A stretch of DNA of 64,000 bases from Raillietiella orientalis. Its lineage: Eukaryota. Below are positions 1 through 12,000 of the stretch, piece by piece. The position numbers were made by a program, and so were the translations under genes. The stretch is taken from contig JAYWIR010000064.1 in the NCBI GenBank assembly GCA_036172245.1, positions 248,001-312,000 on the forward strand, given 5' to 3'. The notes beneath the pieces are model-generated. The model had not been told where the DNA came from. It ran no database searches and saw nothing but the letters and a program-made list of their open reading frames with translations. The first letter of the stretch is position 1; each line of letters begins with the position of its first letter.

Positions 1-279
1 CCGGAGGAGCCTTCCATCACGGAGAGCCTGCTCGTGAACAGGAACTCCAGTCTGCGGCGGCTCACCATCGTGCACACCCGGCTGAGTGGAGAGAAGAGGA
101 TGCAGGCTCTCCCAGCGCAACCAGGGTTGTCCAATTCGATTTCCGCTGACTGAATGAACGGCATCAGAGAGGTGGGGATGGAGGACTTGCAAACAATCCT
201 CTGGGACGGTCGTCTCTGGGAACTTCCTGCCTTAAGTCAGTCCCAAAGCTCAAATCCAGAGAACATACCTCTCCGGAGT

Positions 280-540
280 CCTACTCTCTTCCTTTTCCTG
301 TTCCTTCTCTTCTCCCACCCCTCTTCCTCTTCCTCCCTTTCTGCTTCTCCACTTCCTCCTCCTTTCCTCCTCTCTTTCTCTTCCTCTTTTTCCATCACCT
401 CCACCGGTCTTCCTTCTCCACCATTGCTCTTCTTCTTTCTTCTCTTTTCTTACTCCTCTTCTACCAACTCTTCCTCTGATTCTTTCCTCACTTCTCGTCT
501 TCCTGCTACCCTTCTCCCACCCAACCCCTTTCTGCTCGCT
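280..540. repeat. Polypyrimidine/polypurine low-complexity tract
   Basis: About 260 nt of almost pure C/T on the + strand (CTT/CCT/TCT units). Confidence 0.85.
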
Positions 541-1084
541 TTTTGGAACACACGTAGCTGGAGATTAATTTTAGGGAGCAGAAACGAGACACGTAGTGAG
601 AGAAAGGCCACGTGCATCCCTGAAGCTCCCTTCACTGGTCACTGGAGGTCGGAGCGAAAGAGTGGGAAGGAAAGAGGAAAAATCTTCCGAAGCATTCCTG
701 GCTTGACTAGGAGAGTGCGATCCAGAAGAGGGAAGGAGGAGAGCCGCAGGACTGGCTTGCTTTCCACCCTCGCCTCCACCCACGCCTTAATTGCCGAAGG
801 CAACAAAGAAAGCAGAGGGTGGGGGGAAAGCTGTGGTCGCCACGACGACTGACAGCCTTCTCTTTGCATTTGGCGCCTCTCAGCTTTTTCCCACCATCCT
901 TCTCTCTCTCTAGGAGGAGGATCAAAGGGCAATAGAGGCCCACCCCGGTCTTCCTTCCTCCCCCTGCTCCCTGTTCCCGTTCAAGGAGCCGGAAGCAAGG
1001 TAGAGAGACTCCAGTGGGAGACGATGTGTCCAGGATCTGAGGTCTCTCCTCACCAGAAAGGGAAGGAGGCATAAAATTTCCCCT

Positions 1085-1930
1085 AGAGCCCTCCGGCGTG
1101 AGCGCGGCCTTGCCTCCGACCAGGTGGTGCGGCGCCTGCTGGCGGCAGCGCTGCGCAGGTGCGCACGAGCTCGTGGCGGGGGAGAAAAGCGGGGGAGAAG
1201 GAAGGAAACAGCTCCTGCGCGCGCGTGCGCCCCTCTCTCTTACGCGCGTGCTTTTCTCCCGGCAGAAGTCCCGCCGCTTCGCTCCCGAGACGGCCGCGAG
1301 CACGCTCGAGGAAGAGGACGAGCCGCCTCCGCGCGCACGGTCGCTCCCAGATGGACATGCAGGGAGCCCGGCGGGAGCAGCCCGCCGGGAACACCGTAAG
1401 TGCCGCTCTCCTTTCTTCCTTCCTCCCTGCGCCCGAGGGACAGGGGCAACTCTTTCCCGCTCACGTGCTACCCTCTTCCTCGCCGGTTCCCTGGACTCCG
1501 TCGGACGGTGACGCTCCCCGCGGGAAGGCACAGAGGTCCCAAGTCGGCTCCTCCCCTGCTTCACACGTCCCCGCAGCAACCAGACGAGGGTCCTCCGAGG
1601 CGGAGCGACTTTGCAGAGTCTGCGGCAGGACTTTCAGAGTCCCTGTAGCGACTCTGGAAGCCGTGCGGGGGGCGTCTCGCAACGATCGAACCCATCTCGA
1701 CGAGCGAAGGTATCTCTCGCGGGGTTGCCAACGCGAAAATCCAGTTCGGACGCGAGAAGAAATTCTCCCCACACCTCTCGGAGACGCTCGCTCGCTTAGA
1801 TTCCCCGCCCCCTCTTTCTCTGCTCCTGAGAGAGCGCAGTAACTCAAGGAGCAGTGCGGAGACGATTGCCCCCAGCAAAGCAACGCGGGAAGCGCTCCAG
1901 CGGGCGGTGGCGCGCCTGGATGTGCTCGTC
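1085..1930. promoter_or_regulatory. CpG-island-like region upstream of Syt7 (possible promoter or untranslated first exon)
   Basis: Very high GC and CpG density (e.g. GCGCGCGCGTGCGC) and a perfect GTAAGT donor motif at 1396. The function is inferred only. Confidence 0.3.
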
Positions 1931-2959
1931 CACCACAGAGGGAAGGACAGAGTAAGGGTGCGACCCCTTCGTTCCCCTTGTCGTAGGTTCAGGAGCTGCC
2001 CACAAACCATGGGAGGTTTTGCGGCACTAAGAGACTCCATGCAGTTTGCCGTGGTCGCACCATGAGCCACTGTGAGTCTTTGTACTGTTTCTCGTAGCCG
2101 CGCCATGGGACGCTGCGGAACCTTACGAAGCTTTTTGTAGCCGCGCCTTGAGCTACTGAGAAGTTCTGAGATTGCTACGACCCATGTGTGGAAATTCACT
2201 GTAGGATCGCTAGGGGTGATTGTGGGGTCGCGATTGGTGCTTCCAAAGGTCAGTAGGCAGGCCCATGGAGATCCATGTGCTTCTTTTGGTTAAGGGGGGG
2301 GGAGGAGCGCGTAGGGTGTCGCGGTGTCTGTGAGCTAGAGAAGACAGTGGGTATCCCTTGCGGACTCAGGTGGTCTTCGGCTTCGAACCGGCACCCTTCC
2401 CGCGCGCAGCTCGCCTTTCTGCACCTGCCATCCACGCCGACCGCATGGATGTCACCGGTTCCACTGCTGCGGCTCCTAGGGCGGAGGTGCGAGTGGCTTG
2501 TCGGATCGGTTTGGTGGGCGTTTCGGGTGACCAGATCACGGTCGCCTTGAGGACTCGCGCGCGCTCTCGGAGGTGACTTCCGAACAGCGAGAGGACCAGC
2601 TGCTTCGAGGGTGGCACAGCAGCCGGAACCGACAGACCGCCACCGTTTCTCCCCATCGAGGGCCTCGGGATCCGTACCCACTCCCACTCTTTGCTTTCTT
2701 CCCCGCTTGCCGGTCCAGATGGGACAGACAGTGACTTTTTCCCTCAGGCTGCAAGATTTCGGGGGGGAGGGAGAGGGCAGGAGAGGAAACGACAGAAGCC
2801 CCGCTGCACCGACCGCTAGCAACAGGACGAAGAGGCCACGACGCCGACACGCCACGCATACCGAAAGAACCAAAGAGCCCCTTCGTTTCCGCTGCTTCCC
2901 TCCTGGCGAGGGTGCCAGAGGCGACGAAGAAACAAAAAAGGAAAGAAAAGAAAAAAAAG

Positions 2960-3300
2960 AACTGGCACTGCTAACCGAGACCGAGTTCGGTCTTCCTGGG
3001 TGGACACCGCCGGAGCGTGTTGCTGCCAGCCGGGTCCTCGAGGTGGTCCGCCCTGCGGGCGCTCCTTGCTACATGGGCGTCGCTACGGAAACCAGTCCGA
3101 CCCTGGGATCTAAGGTGTGGAAAGAGGAAGAATCAGATGGGTTCTGTATGCCGTTCCTCCACTCGTCCGAGTGCAGGAGGAAAGGAACCGGAAGGAGCGG
3201 GAGGAAAGAGGTCAGGCGGGAAGAAAACGGACGTCTGGAAGCGCCGGAGGCGACGGCCGCGCGTCCGCTATCCTCGAAGGGATTCCTGAGAAGAGGCGGC
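2960..3300 (+). mobile_element. RTE-like LINE 3' relic (GC-enriched)
   Basis: FGLPGWTPPERV..VLEVVR resembles the RTE motif YGxExWT..FE, and KRKNQMGSVCR...WKRRRRRPRVRY resembles KRKLxWxGHVxR...GxRxRGRPRxRW. By-eye motif resemblance only. Confidence 0.35.
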
Positions 3301-4589
3301 AGGATCTGACCACAGCATCCATGGTTCCACAGTAGCGGGTGCAAGAGGAGGAACGAAGGACCTCGGCGACTTCAGCAGCTTGGACTGTTGGTGTCAAGCG
3401 GAAGCCCCCGCGGGAACGGCACGCGGACGACGGGATTCCCGGAACCCCTCCTCCCGTGCACGCCGTCGGGCAGCTTCCGGACGCATGGACCGCCGTCTCG
3501 ACCCGCGCGCCGACCGCTCGTTTCTCTCCATCCTTCTCCGAGAGAGCCACCATGGCAGCTAGGCAGCAGTAGCGTCGCCGCCCCACGACCAGACTTTGGC
3601 CTCCTCGAGCCAGGCAGCTGGTTCCCTCCTTGAGCTGGAAAGCGCCAGAAGATCTCAAGGGGCCTTCCAAGGTAGAGGAAGACAATCCAAGGGGGAATGC
3701 AGAGGGATGACCGCGGCTCTGCGTCATCTTCGTCTCTGCCCCCGAGGTAGCGCTTCGCGGCCGCGCTCGCCTAGTGGCCGGTTTCAAGGGAGAACCGCAT
3801 TGAGCTCGCCTGCACCTCGCGCGCATGCCTTTGCGTGGGAGAGAAGAGGCGAGCGAATGGACGAGGAGGAAGGAGTCGCCCCCCAAAATTCTCCAGGAGG
3901 GAGAGACCGGGAACAGAGGGAAGCAGATCTCGAAAGCAGAGACAAGACTCTCCTCCTCACGCGCTGCCAGAGCGGCATTTTCGCCGGGTGGATCGTCGCA
4001 ATGGCAACGGTAACGCTCCTCTCAGCCTCCCGGCTGCAACTGCGTGCAGCAAAGCTCTCTTCCTCTCCCCCTCCCTCCCACCGTCTGCTACTCCATCCAT
4101 TATCGGGAAGCCAAGGACTCCTATGGAATGCTTCCCGTCGAGTTCCCCCTTCCTTCTACGCCGAGTGGCGGTGGCATTGGCGATGAAACCAGGCGCCACC
4201 CTCCAGTTGACTCGGGAGGAGGAAGAGAAAGTACTCGAGAGAGGGGGATCTGAAGACACCTGCGATGGGGGAAGGATAGCAGGGAAAAGAGGTCAGCCTC
4301 CTTTTACCCTGGGGATATCTCGGAGACGGAAGTCAGCGCTCGCAGAGAGCAACCAGAGTTTCCTCCTTTTCCTTCCCTCTCGGTACCTACAGGATCCACG
4401 CGACCTCTCCTCGCGCGTGTGCGCGTTCCCGGAATGGGTGAGTGCGGCAGAGGCTGCCCGCGCAGCGGATCCGGAAGCGTCGGCACAAGATCCTACCACG
4501 CTCGTCCTGACCGAACACTGGGAGTCCTGAGGCTTCCCCCATCTCTTCTTCACCTCTTCTCCTTCCTCTTCCTCTTCCGCCGAGCGCAC

Positions 4590-4900
4590 GTGGACCGACA
4601 AGTGCCGCCATTTTCTTTTCTCCGCTGCTGAGCGCCGATTCGGGGAAGGGGAGGGCTGGGAGCTGCAGAAGGTCCTCTGTAGACGCGCAAGGCCCCGGGT
4701 GGCAGAGTCGAAAGAATCGCTGCCCCATTCCGTCAATTCGGGTTTTGTCGCCCCGGGAAGCGCCTCCTCCCGCGGACCGCATCTCGTTCCGGGCTGCCGA
4801 AAATTTCCTTGCGACCGTTCTCGGGCGTCTCCGGGGGACCCAACGCTCGCGCCAACGATGCGGCCGCTCCTCCTGACCCGGCATCCTGCGAAGCGCCGCC
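4590..4900 (-). mobile_element. Possible decayed mariner transposase middle fragment
   Basis: Minus strand reads ERWVPRR (WVPxxL motif) followed at plausible spacing by SSGEKKMAALV (SAGKVMxxV-like). Weak. Confidence 0.3.
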
Positions 4901-5823
4901 CCTCCCGAGGAACGCGGCCTTGGGCCATCATCCGCCCCGGTCCTTGGCTGACAAAGAGCAAACTGCGGCAGCTTTCCTCGCTTCGCTTAGTGAGAGCCCC
5001 ACGCCGCCGCGGTTGCTGCGGGAACCGCTCGAAAGGTCAAAGGATTCAGGATCAGAGATCAAGGAAAGTAGAAAGGGGAGGATGATTCCCTGAGAGCGAA
5101 CGCCTTTCCTGAGAAGGAGAAGGGGGAGAGGGGGAACGGAAATCGAAAGTCTCCGGCCTTCCGCTCGCGATGCCGGAGCGCCGCCGCTGGTCGTTGGGAC
5201 CGTCGAACTCACCCGGAAAGGATCAGGGGAGGAGACGACGACAGGCTCTGGATGCCTACAGGTCTTCTTCCGGGGTGTTTTTCGCTCGCTTCAGCGGACG
5301 ACCGAGGCCAGGGGAAAAATTTCGCTCGAGGTCAGGCGGGAAGCAGCGGGAAGGCGGAGGCAGCATCCTCGGGGAGGGGAGCCACGAAAACGGGGGTTCG
5401 GTCGCCCCGGCTTGTGAGTTGCGCATGCACATTGAGCTTGCGGGACATCCTCAGGACCCTTCGTGAGCAAGGGACGAGCACTCTGCGTTTCCGTGGGAAA
5501 CCATCGATGAGACCGTCTCATCGATCGGCGGCTGATGACGCGGCGAACGACACGGAACGAGAGAAGCGGTGTGTTCGCAAGAGATGAACACTGTTGCTTT
5601 CGTTTGGGGAGGAAAAAAAAAGAAGTGGAGAGGGGGAAGGGAACCGAAATGAAGAGAAAAGGGATTTTTCGAGACTATTCGCAACCCTTAGATTTCGGCA
5701 CAGCCTCAAAAGGAAGGGGGGCGCAAGAACGGTGCCGCTGCGCTTTTTGTTGTTATGGTTGTTGCCAATGACAGTGTCCCCACGCTTACGCTTCTATACC
5801 TGTGCCTGTTCCGCAAGGTCATA

Positions 5824-6068
5824 ATGGAACGAAGAGATGTGGCTCTCCTCGCAGTCTTCTTGACCATCGCCCTCATCTTCATTGCTGGGGCAGCCGTCTT
5901 TCTCCTCCACTGGCTGAAGAAGAGGAAGCAAAAGAGGAACGACGAGAACTCGGAAGCCGAGGCCGCCCTCAACGCGCCTGACACGAAACCGTCGGAAGAG
6001 GTCGTGTCTCGTCAATTCAACGGCAACTTCACCATCAAAACTCCCCTTATCAAAACGAAATCCACCAG
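5824..6068 (+). CDS. Syt7: Syt7 coding exon 1: short luminal N-terminus, transmembrane helix, basic stop-transfer stretch, start of linker
   Basis: ATG at 5824 begins [81 protein letters not shown]. The hydrophobic run is followed by [21 protein letters not shown] resembles the Syt7 linker motif. Donor AG|GTGAGG at 6068/6069 is phase 2. An in-frame upstream ATG exists at 5755, so the start is not certain. Confidence 0.85.
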
Positions 6069-9000
6069 GTGAGGCTCCAGTGAGCAGCAGGAGGGCTGCG
6101 GCTATCCTTTCTTCCTCCTCTTCCTCCCTTCCTCCTTCCTCTTCCTCCGCATTTCTCTAAAGCCCCTGGTGTTCTTTGTTCGTCACGCTACTCCTAACCT
6201 CGGTCGTCAACCTAAAGTGTTCCCTCCCGACACGGGTCCGATGGGATGCCACAGAATGAAACGCGCGTGAAACCACCTGATTCTTGCTGAGGCTTTCCCA
6301 CTTTGTCCATCTTGAAGCAGATGCTGATGTTCCATGCGGCTACTTCTTCGCCTGTGTGTTTGTCCCTTTCTTTTTGCTTTCCCGTTTTTTTGCGTGTGCA
6401 CGTGGGTGCTTCCCTGGACGAATTCGAATTTCCTGGACTCTTCGATACGCAAGATTTCCGTGACTCTGGTAGCTCTTCGGCGTTTTTCGAAGCTCTGTGG
6501 ACCGACGAGCTTCCCAAGCCCCCACGGAGAAAGAATTTCAGGGAACCGTTCAAGAGCGCGAAACTCGGAAACACTCGCGCCGATGTCTCCTCAGCTCCTT
6601 GAGGAACAAACAGAGTTCGGCATCTCGGATGTTTTTTCCCTGAACGCCGTGGATCCTACAGACTCCCTGATCTTTTTTTGTTTCCTTTTTTTCCCTTGCA
6701 AACTTTCCTAAAGCCTCCATCTGTTTATTTTTCCTTCCGTAGCAAAAACGGCAGCCAGTACTCTGGAAATTCCCAGCACGACTTCAAAAGCATGCAGGCA
6801 TCGAAGCCGGAGCACGTAAGTGTGAAGTTTCCTCTGCCTCGATTCGCATCTCTACTCTTCCTACAGCATCCGGCACCTTCCATAGAGGAGCGCGTCGCTC
6901 TTTGCCGGTCGCGAAAGCATCTCCTTCTATCGAAGGAGAAGTCACTTCTCTGTTTGTTCCGAGACGACCGCTGCAAGCAGGGAACACGAAATGTCCATCT
7001 GGGCCGCTTCCTTGAAATACGTTTCTTTCGCGCCACGGAGATCGCGCAAAGCGCCTCCTAGCTCAGCTCACTGGAAGGCCCGGGAATTTTCCGATTCCTG
7101 TGCGTTCCGCGAGCGAATGCGAAGTGAATGAGGAGAAATCAGCGTGCCTCTGCGCTTCCTGGAATTCTTCATTGCCCCCATCACCTGCTGTCTGCGACTT
7201 CTGAGCGGTGTGTGCTGCTCGTCTTCTCTTCCGTGAGAGCCCTTTCCAACTTCTCCCGCAAAAAAAAAAAAAAAAAAAAACTGCTGCACCCATCCTCAGT
7301 CCCAGCTCACAACACTTGTCAAGATTACGAGCTTGTCAAGAAGCACTGCTTGTGCTCAAAGAGATCGGCAGCACCTATTGCAGCGCCAAGACGCAAGAAG
7401 CGGAGCTTCCATTATTCATTGCAATTTCGTTTCTTCACTTTCCCGTGCACATGGATGAAATACAGGATGAAGACGCAAGGCGGTGGCGCTTTCGCGCCCA
7501 TCCCTCCACGGTGGCAGTCCCTTGGTGAAGCGGAAACGGCGTCTTTCTCCATGAAAAGTTTTCTGCTGGAGATTTTGGAAACCGGCAGCTCGATTTCGAC
7601 CTCGGAATTCTGGCACGGAACTTTGCCTGGAACCGTGCCCTCGCTTCGAGCCATCGAGGATGAAGGGGATTTCGGAAGCTGGCAGCAATCATTTGAGGTC
7701 TCTTAAACGCAGAGGAACAGCCAGAGTGCTCCTTCATTGTATCTGCTTGCTTGTCTGCCTGCCTCTACTCGAAACTTGCGTGGCATGCTCTCGAAAAGAC
7801 ACATAATCTTCGAACTGCTCCTGGGGAAAGTAACCGATGAGTGCGGTCTTGAAGCTTCGTTTCTGAAGAAAGGACAAAGCTTGCCAGAGGTCCATCGACA
7901 TGGACCCAAAAACACGGCACTGAACACGAATAGTGACTACCTACTCGTAAAGTCTTGTAGCGAACTGATTCCTCTTCGGGAAACCCAGCGATGGTATCCC
8001 TTACTCTTCGTCCCGCTACTGCCATATGTGTGGCGTGACTGACCAAAGGGTACTCGCTACAAATCAAGCTGCGCTCTTCTAGTTTGTGAAATCTGGAATG
8101 AGGAAGAACCGTCTAAATCTGCCAAGGGGAAGCACAAGCCTTGGTCACTTCGGAAAGCAGTGGCACTCTGGCAAAAGAGGGAAAGATAAAAACGATGGAC
8201 TCAGACTGACCGTTAGACATTTTGACGGTTCTCCATGGTTTCTAAGTGAAAAGAAAAATGCAAGCAACTCAACTGCTAAAGAAGGTCGTAGTAGCACTTG
8301 GTCAGCTCCCACATGAGTTCTAATTAGGCACACAAACCTGTATGCAGCCTTCGCACGATTTTCTTCAAGGAAGGTCGAGAACACTTGAATGTGCAGACAG
8401 ATTTCACGTTGGAATTCCGAGTTTCCTTGCCAAGGCAATCGCAGAACGACTGAACTCTGAGAAGTAGCAAAGGATGCTGTCCGTAGCCGTCGATCCAGCA
8501 ACAGGGAATTCGGCAGTTCAATTGCTTCTAATTCTGTTCTGGGAGAGCTCTCGAACTCGTCCTGGTCTAACTCGCAGCCCGATCCAGTAAAAAACGATGA
8601 GTTCCGTGAGCAGCTCTCCCGAAGGCAGATGAGATGCTTTCCAAGGAGCTCTTTCCGAAATTCTCCGGAAAGCGTCATTCGCCGAGAAGAGTAGTCCAGC
8701 GCGTGGGCGTGAGCAATCACAAAAGAATGGATCCACAAGATTCCGCACAACCGTGGTCGGAAAGGTGAGCACAGGCCGATCCGTTTGCGCATGTGCGAAG
8801 AAGCATGGCCAGACGAAAAAGCTCGTGCTTCCTATGGCAGGAGCCGGCTATGATGATGGTAGATGGTTCCTTCTTCAGAATCAAGAATTCACCCAGATAT
8901 TCAGAAAGAAAGCATATTTAACTACATGGAGGTTATTTCTTCACAGAATGCGCCGAGACTCCACTCACATGTAGATGAGAGACACAACTTGCCTTGGAGG

Positions 9001-12000
9001 GCACGGTTGTCGTTTGATGACACGGTAGCGCACTCGTCCTAAGCAAGGAGGACGACGGTGCGAGACGCGTTGCCGTTGGCAACGACGGGTGCGCATCTGC
9101 CCGAGCTAGCGAGTCGGGAACCTGCTCTTGGAACGCCGCAAAAGGCTCTCTCCTTCGAGTTGCTTCCGAAGACTCGATCATCACAAGAAAGCCGTTTTAA
9201 AAGAGGAGTAGCTGATACCTGGGAAACCCTCTGTTTTCCGATGGCCTCCGTTTCTACGGAAGACTGTGGCTACTGCCATAGCATCTTGAAAGCTGTGGAT
9301 CCCAAAAGGTGGATTCGTGATGAGTGAGATGGATCTGTCTGATAGCCAGAGAAATGAAGAGACCGATATGATTCCTACGGCGGCATCACATCTGACGCTC
9401 GCAGACTATGGTGCAAGGTACAACCTTCATCGGATCCTCTGAGCAAAAGGATCCCTGAAAATCCTGCATCAGATATTCTGCAGTTGAAACTGCCTTTTCG
9501 GAGGAGAACCACTGGCAATGCCGAAGTTGGCCGCAGACACACGAAATCTTTCGCTTTCCAGCGCCGTTGAGTCCTTGACGTCTTCCGCTCCGAGTTTTTC
9601 GTGCAAGGTGGCGGGGCAAATCCACCACTAAGCTCCTCTCATTACTTGATGAGGAAAAAGGCACGAGAAGAAGCTGTGCCATCTTTACAAGGAGCGTCTG
9701 GCTCCCCGTTTGAGCTCGTGGGCTGTTCGAGGTGTGGTGAGATTGCAGGACAGTCACCGAGAATGCGTGCTCCATGCGCATCACTAGCGCTGCTTCGGAT
9801 GCTGGTCGGGGTGCACAACCACACCTTCGAACGAGAGAGACCGCTCCGTGTACATGTGCCATCTTTTGGGTGCAACAGGTGCGTAATTTGCAAGTACATC
9901 GCTTCGTTCTTTCTCGATCGGCTCCCGGAAAGCCGGGAATTTTCTCGTTAGCAGCTGATCATACTCGAGAACTTGAATCTTTTAACTTGAAATGAATTGG
10001 GGAAGCTGGAAAAGTGGTTAGCGATCTCTTACTATTCCCTTCCGCGTAGTTGTAGCAATCCAGAGACATTGCCTCAGCTTCGAGCAGTGCTGCCAACTGC
10101 CAGTTGTAGAAATCTCACATAAATGTCTGCTGTTCCTGACTCTAGCCTCGAATGTTCCCGAATGATACTTCCAGTATCCAGTAGCACCATTGCCTTCCAG
10201 TAGGAGGGCAACGGTGTGTGACGCCCCAGAAAAGGCAATCTGATAATCAAGGAAACAGAAGATCATTTCTTTGTTTCTTTTTTTTTTTTTTTTCCGGCAA
10301 AAAACCGCGCTTACGCGCACACCTGGCAACGCCGCCGGTGTTCTCGAGAGGGAATTGCAAGCCCTACTGTTGCAGTGTTGTTCCAACACACAACACGGCA
10401 AACCTCCAGACTAATTGCAACGACAACAAAAAAGGTTCTCCGACGAGCCGATCAGGCTCTATAGCTTTTCTGTACCCCAAGTGTACAGAAAAGCACCCCG
10501 ATCCCGAACGAATACACCTTTTCCCGTTTTTAAGGGCGGTGGGCATTTGGAATCGTTTTGGGGGTGCATCAGTCCACTAGCTGGCATCCGTTTCTCTTCC
10601 AGCCCAACGCTTTGTCGTGGTTCGGACGTTCCTTCTCAACGGCTGACATGTGGGTGGATTCCAGCGACACCACAGACTGTGTCGGATACATCAACTTCAG
10701 CCTGGAATACGACTTCGAGCATTCGAACCTGATTCTGAAAATCATTCAGGTAAGTCTGCTGCCACTCTCGTGGACAAGAACTGCAGCGCGATGAGATGGC
10801 GAAAGATTCAAATGTTATCCTCTTCGCCCCTCTTCATTATCGAGCTTCCCTCCCCCCTCCCTCCCTGCTTTTCCGGAGGCCTTCTGGCTATGATGAACAA
10901 ACAACCTGTTCCGCCTCTCGGAAGAGGTGTTGCCGTGGACTCGAACTCGCAGTGATTTTTTTTTTTTTCTCCGAAAGTTTCTCTCTTGCGAGTTCGGCGG
11001 ACAGAAACAAAAAACAAATGCTGCTTTTCACCTCATGTTCGAGATGCATAAAAATTGAAAGCTCCAAGAGCTTGTCCGGCTCAGAAGGCGAGGCACCGCC
11101 AGCACAAGTCCGTCGAGGAGGAACATGAGCGAAAGGCATCCGTGCAAATCTCATTCGGATACGTCGAGACCGAAGCGTAGGCGAGGGAAGACAGGAATTC
11201 ATGCTTCGATGCCCTGTTCTCAGGCGGGATTTGCTTGCACGGCGTCTTGCGCTGGTCAGCAGTTAAAGGATCTGCTAAGGGCAACGATCGATTGTGAATC
11301 AAACATGATGCTAACGCGAGAGATTCGCTTCAAGCACATCCACATTCTTCGCGGTTTATTCTTCTTTTAACTTTCGTCTCCTTTTGGAACTTCTGCCGCC
11401 TTCCCTATTTCTCTTGGTGACTGCTAGATCGAGAGGCGCGAAGGGAAAGCACCCAGTTTGTCGATGATGGTTGGGAGAGAAGCAAAAAAAACGATCCGAA
11501 TGTCGTAATTTCTGAGGGATCAAGGGAAGGGTCAAGAGAGCGAGGAACAGGCAACGCAGAGCAGAATCCGCTCTGCTGGAGAACACACCCAGAGCACGGA
11601 TTTTCGAGTCAAGTGTCTGTGGTTTTAGATACCCCGATGTTTTCGATCCACGAGGCTCATTTCAAAAGTAAGATCCGATCGGATACAAAGAAAGAACAAA
11701 TAATAGAGACAAAAATGTATTGGCGGTTCTAAACACACGCATCCCCATGTCAGTGTTCTACGTAGTCTCCATTTTTTTCCAAACACTTTTGACACCGTGG
11801 AAGAACCGTCTGTATGAAATTCCGCCGCCTGGGAGTCCATCTAGTTCAGCAGCACTGCAGTTTTCCTTGCCTTCCCCCTCGGATCGTTGAGCCACTCCTG
11901 GAGGTTCAGGAAGGAAGAAGACGTGGTAGTCAATGGGCAGGATTGTAAGGTGGGCGATCAGAAAGTTCCCACTTGAATTTCCGAATTACCTGGAATGTGG

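Noticed and set aside
154..5587. Dense overlapping ORFs of 100-290 aa on both strands
   Set aside because: The translations are R/S/P/G/A-rich and low-complexity with no recognisable domain. This is expected from stop-codon scarcity in GC-rich DNA, and many start at non-ATG codons.
6000..6001. Alternative phase-0 donor GAG|GTCGTG that would splice directly to 10603
   Set aside because: Poor donor consensus, and using it would delete the conserved-looking [14 protein letters not shown] linker motif.
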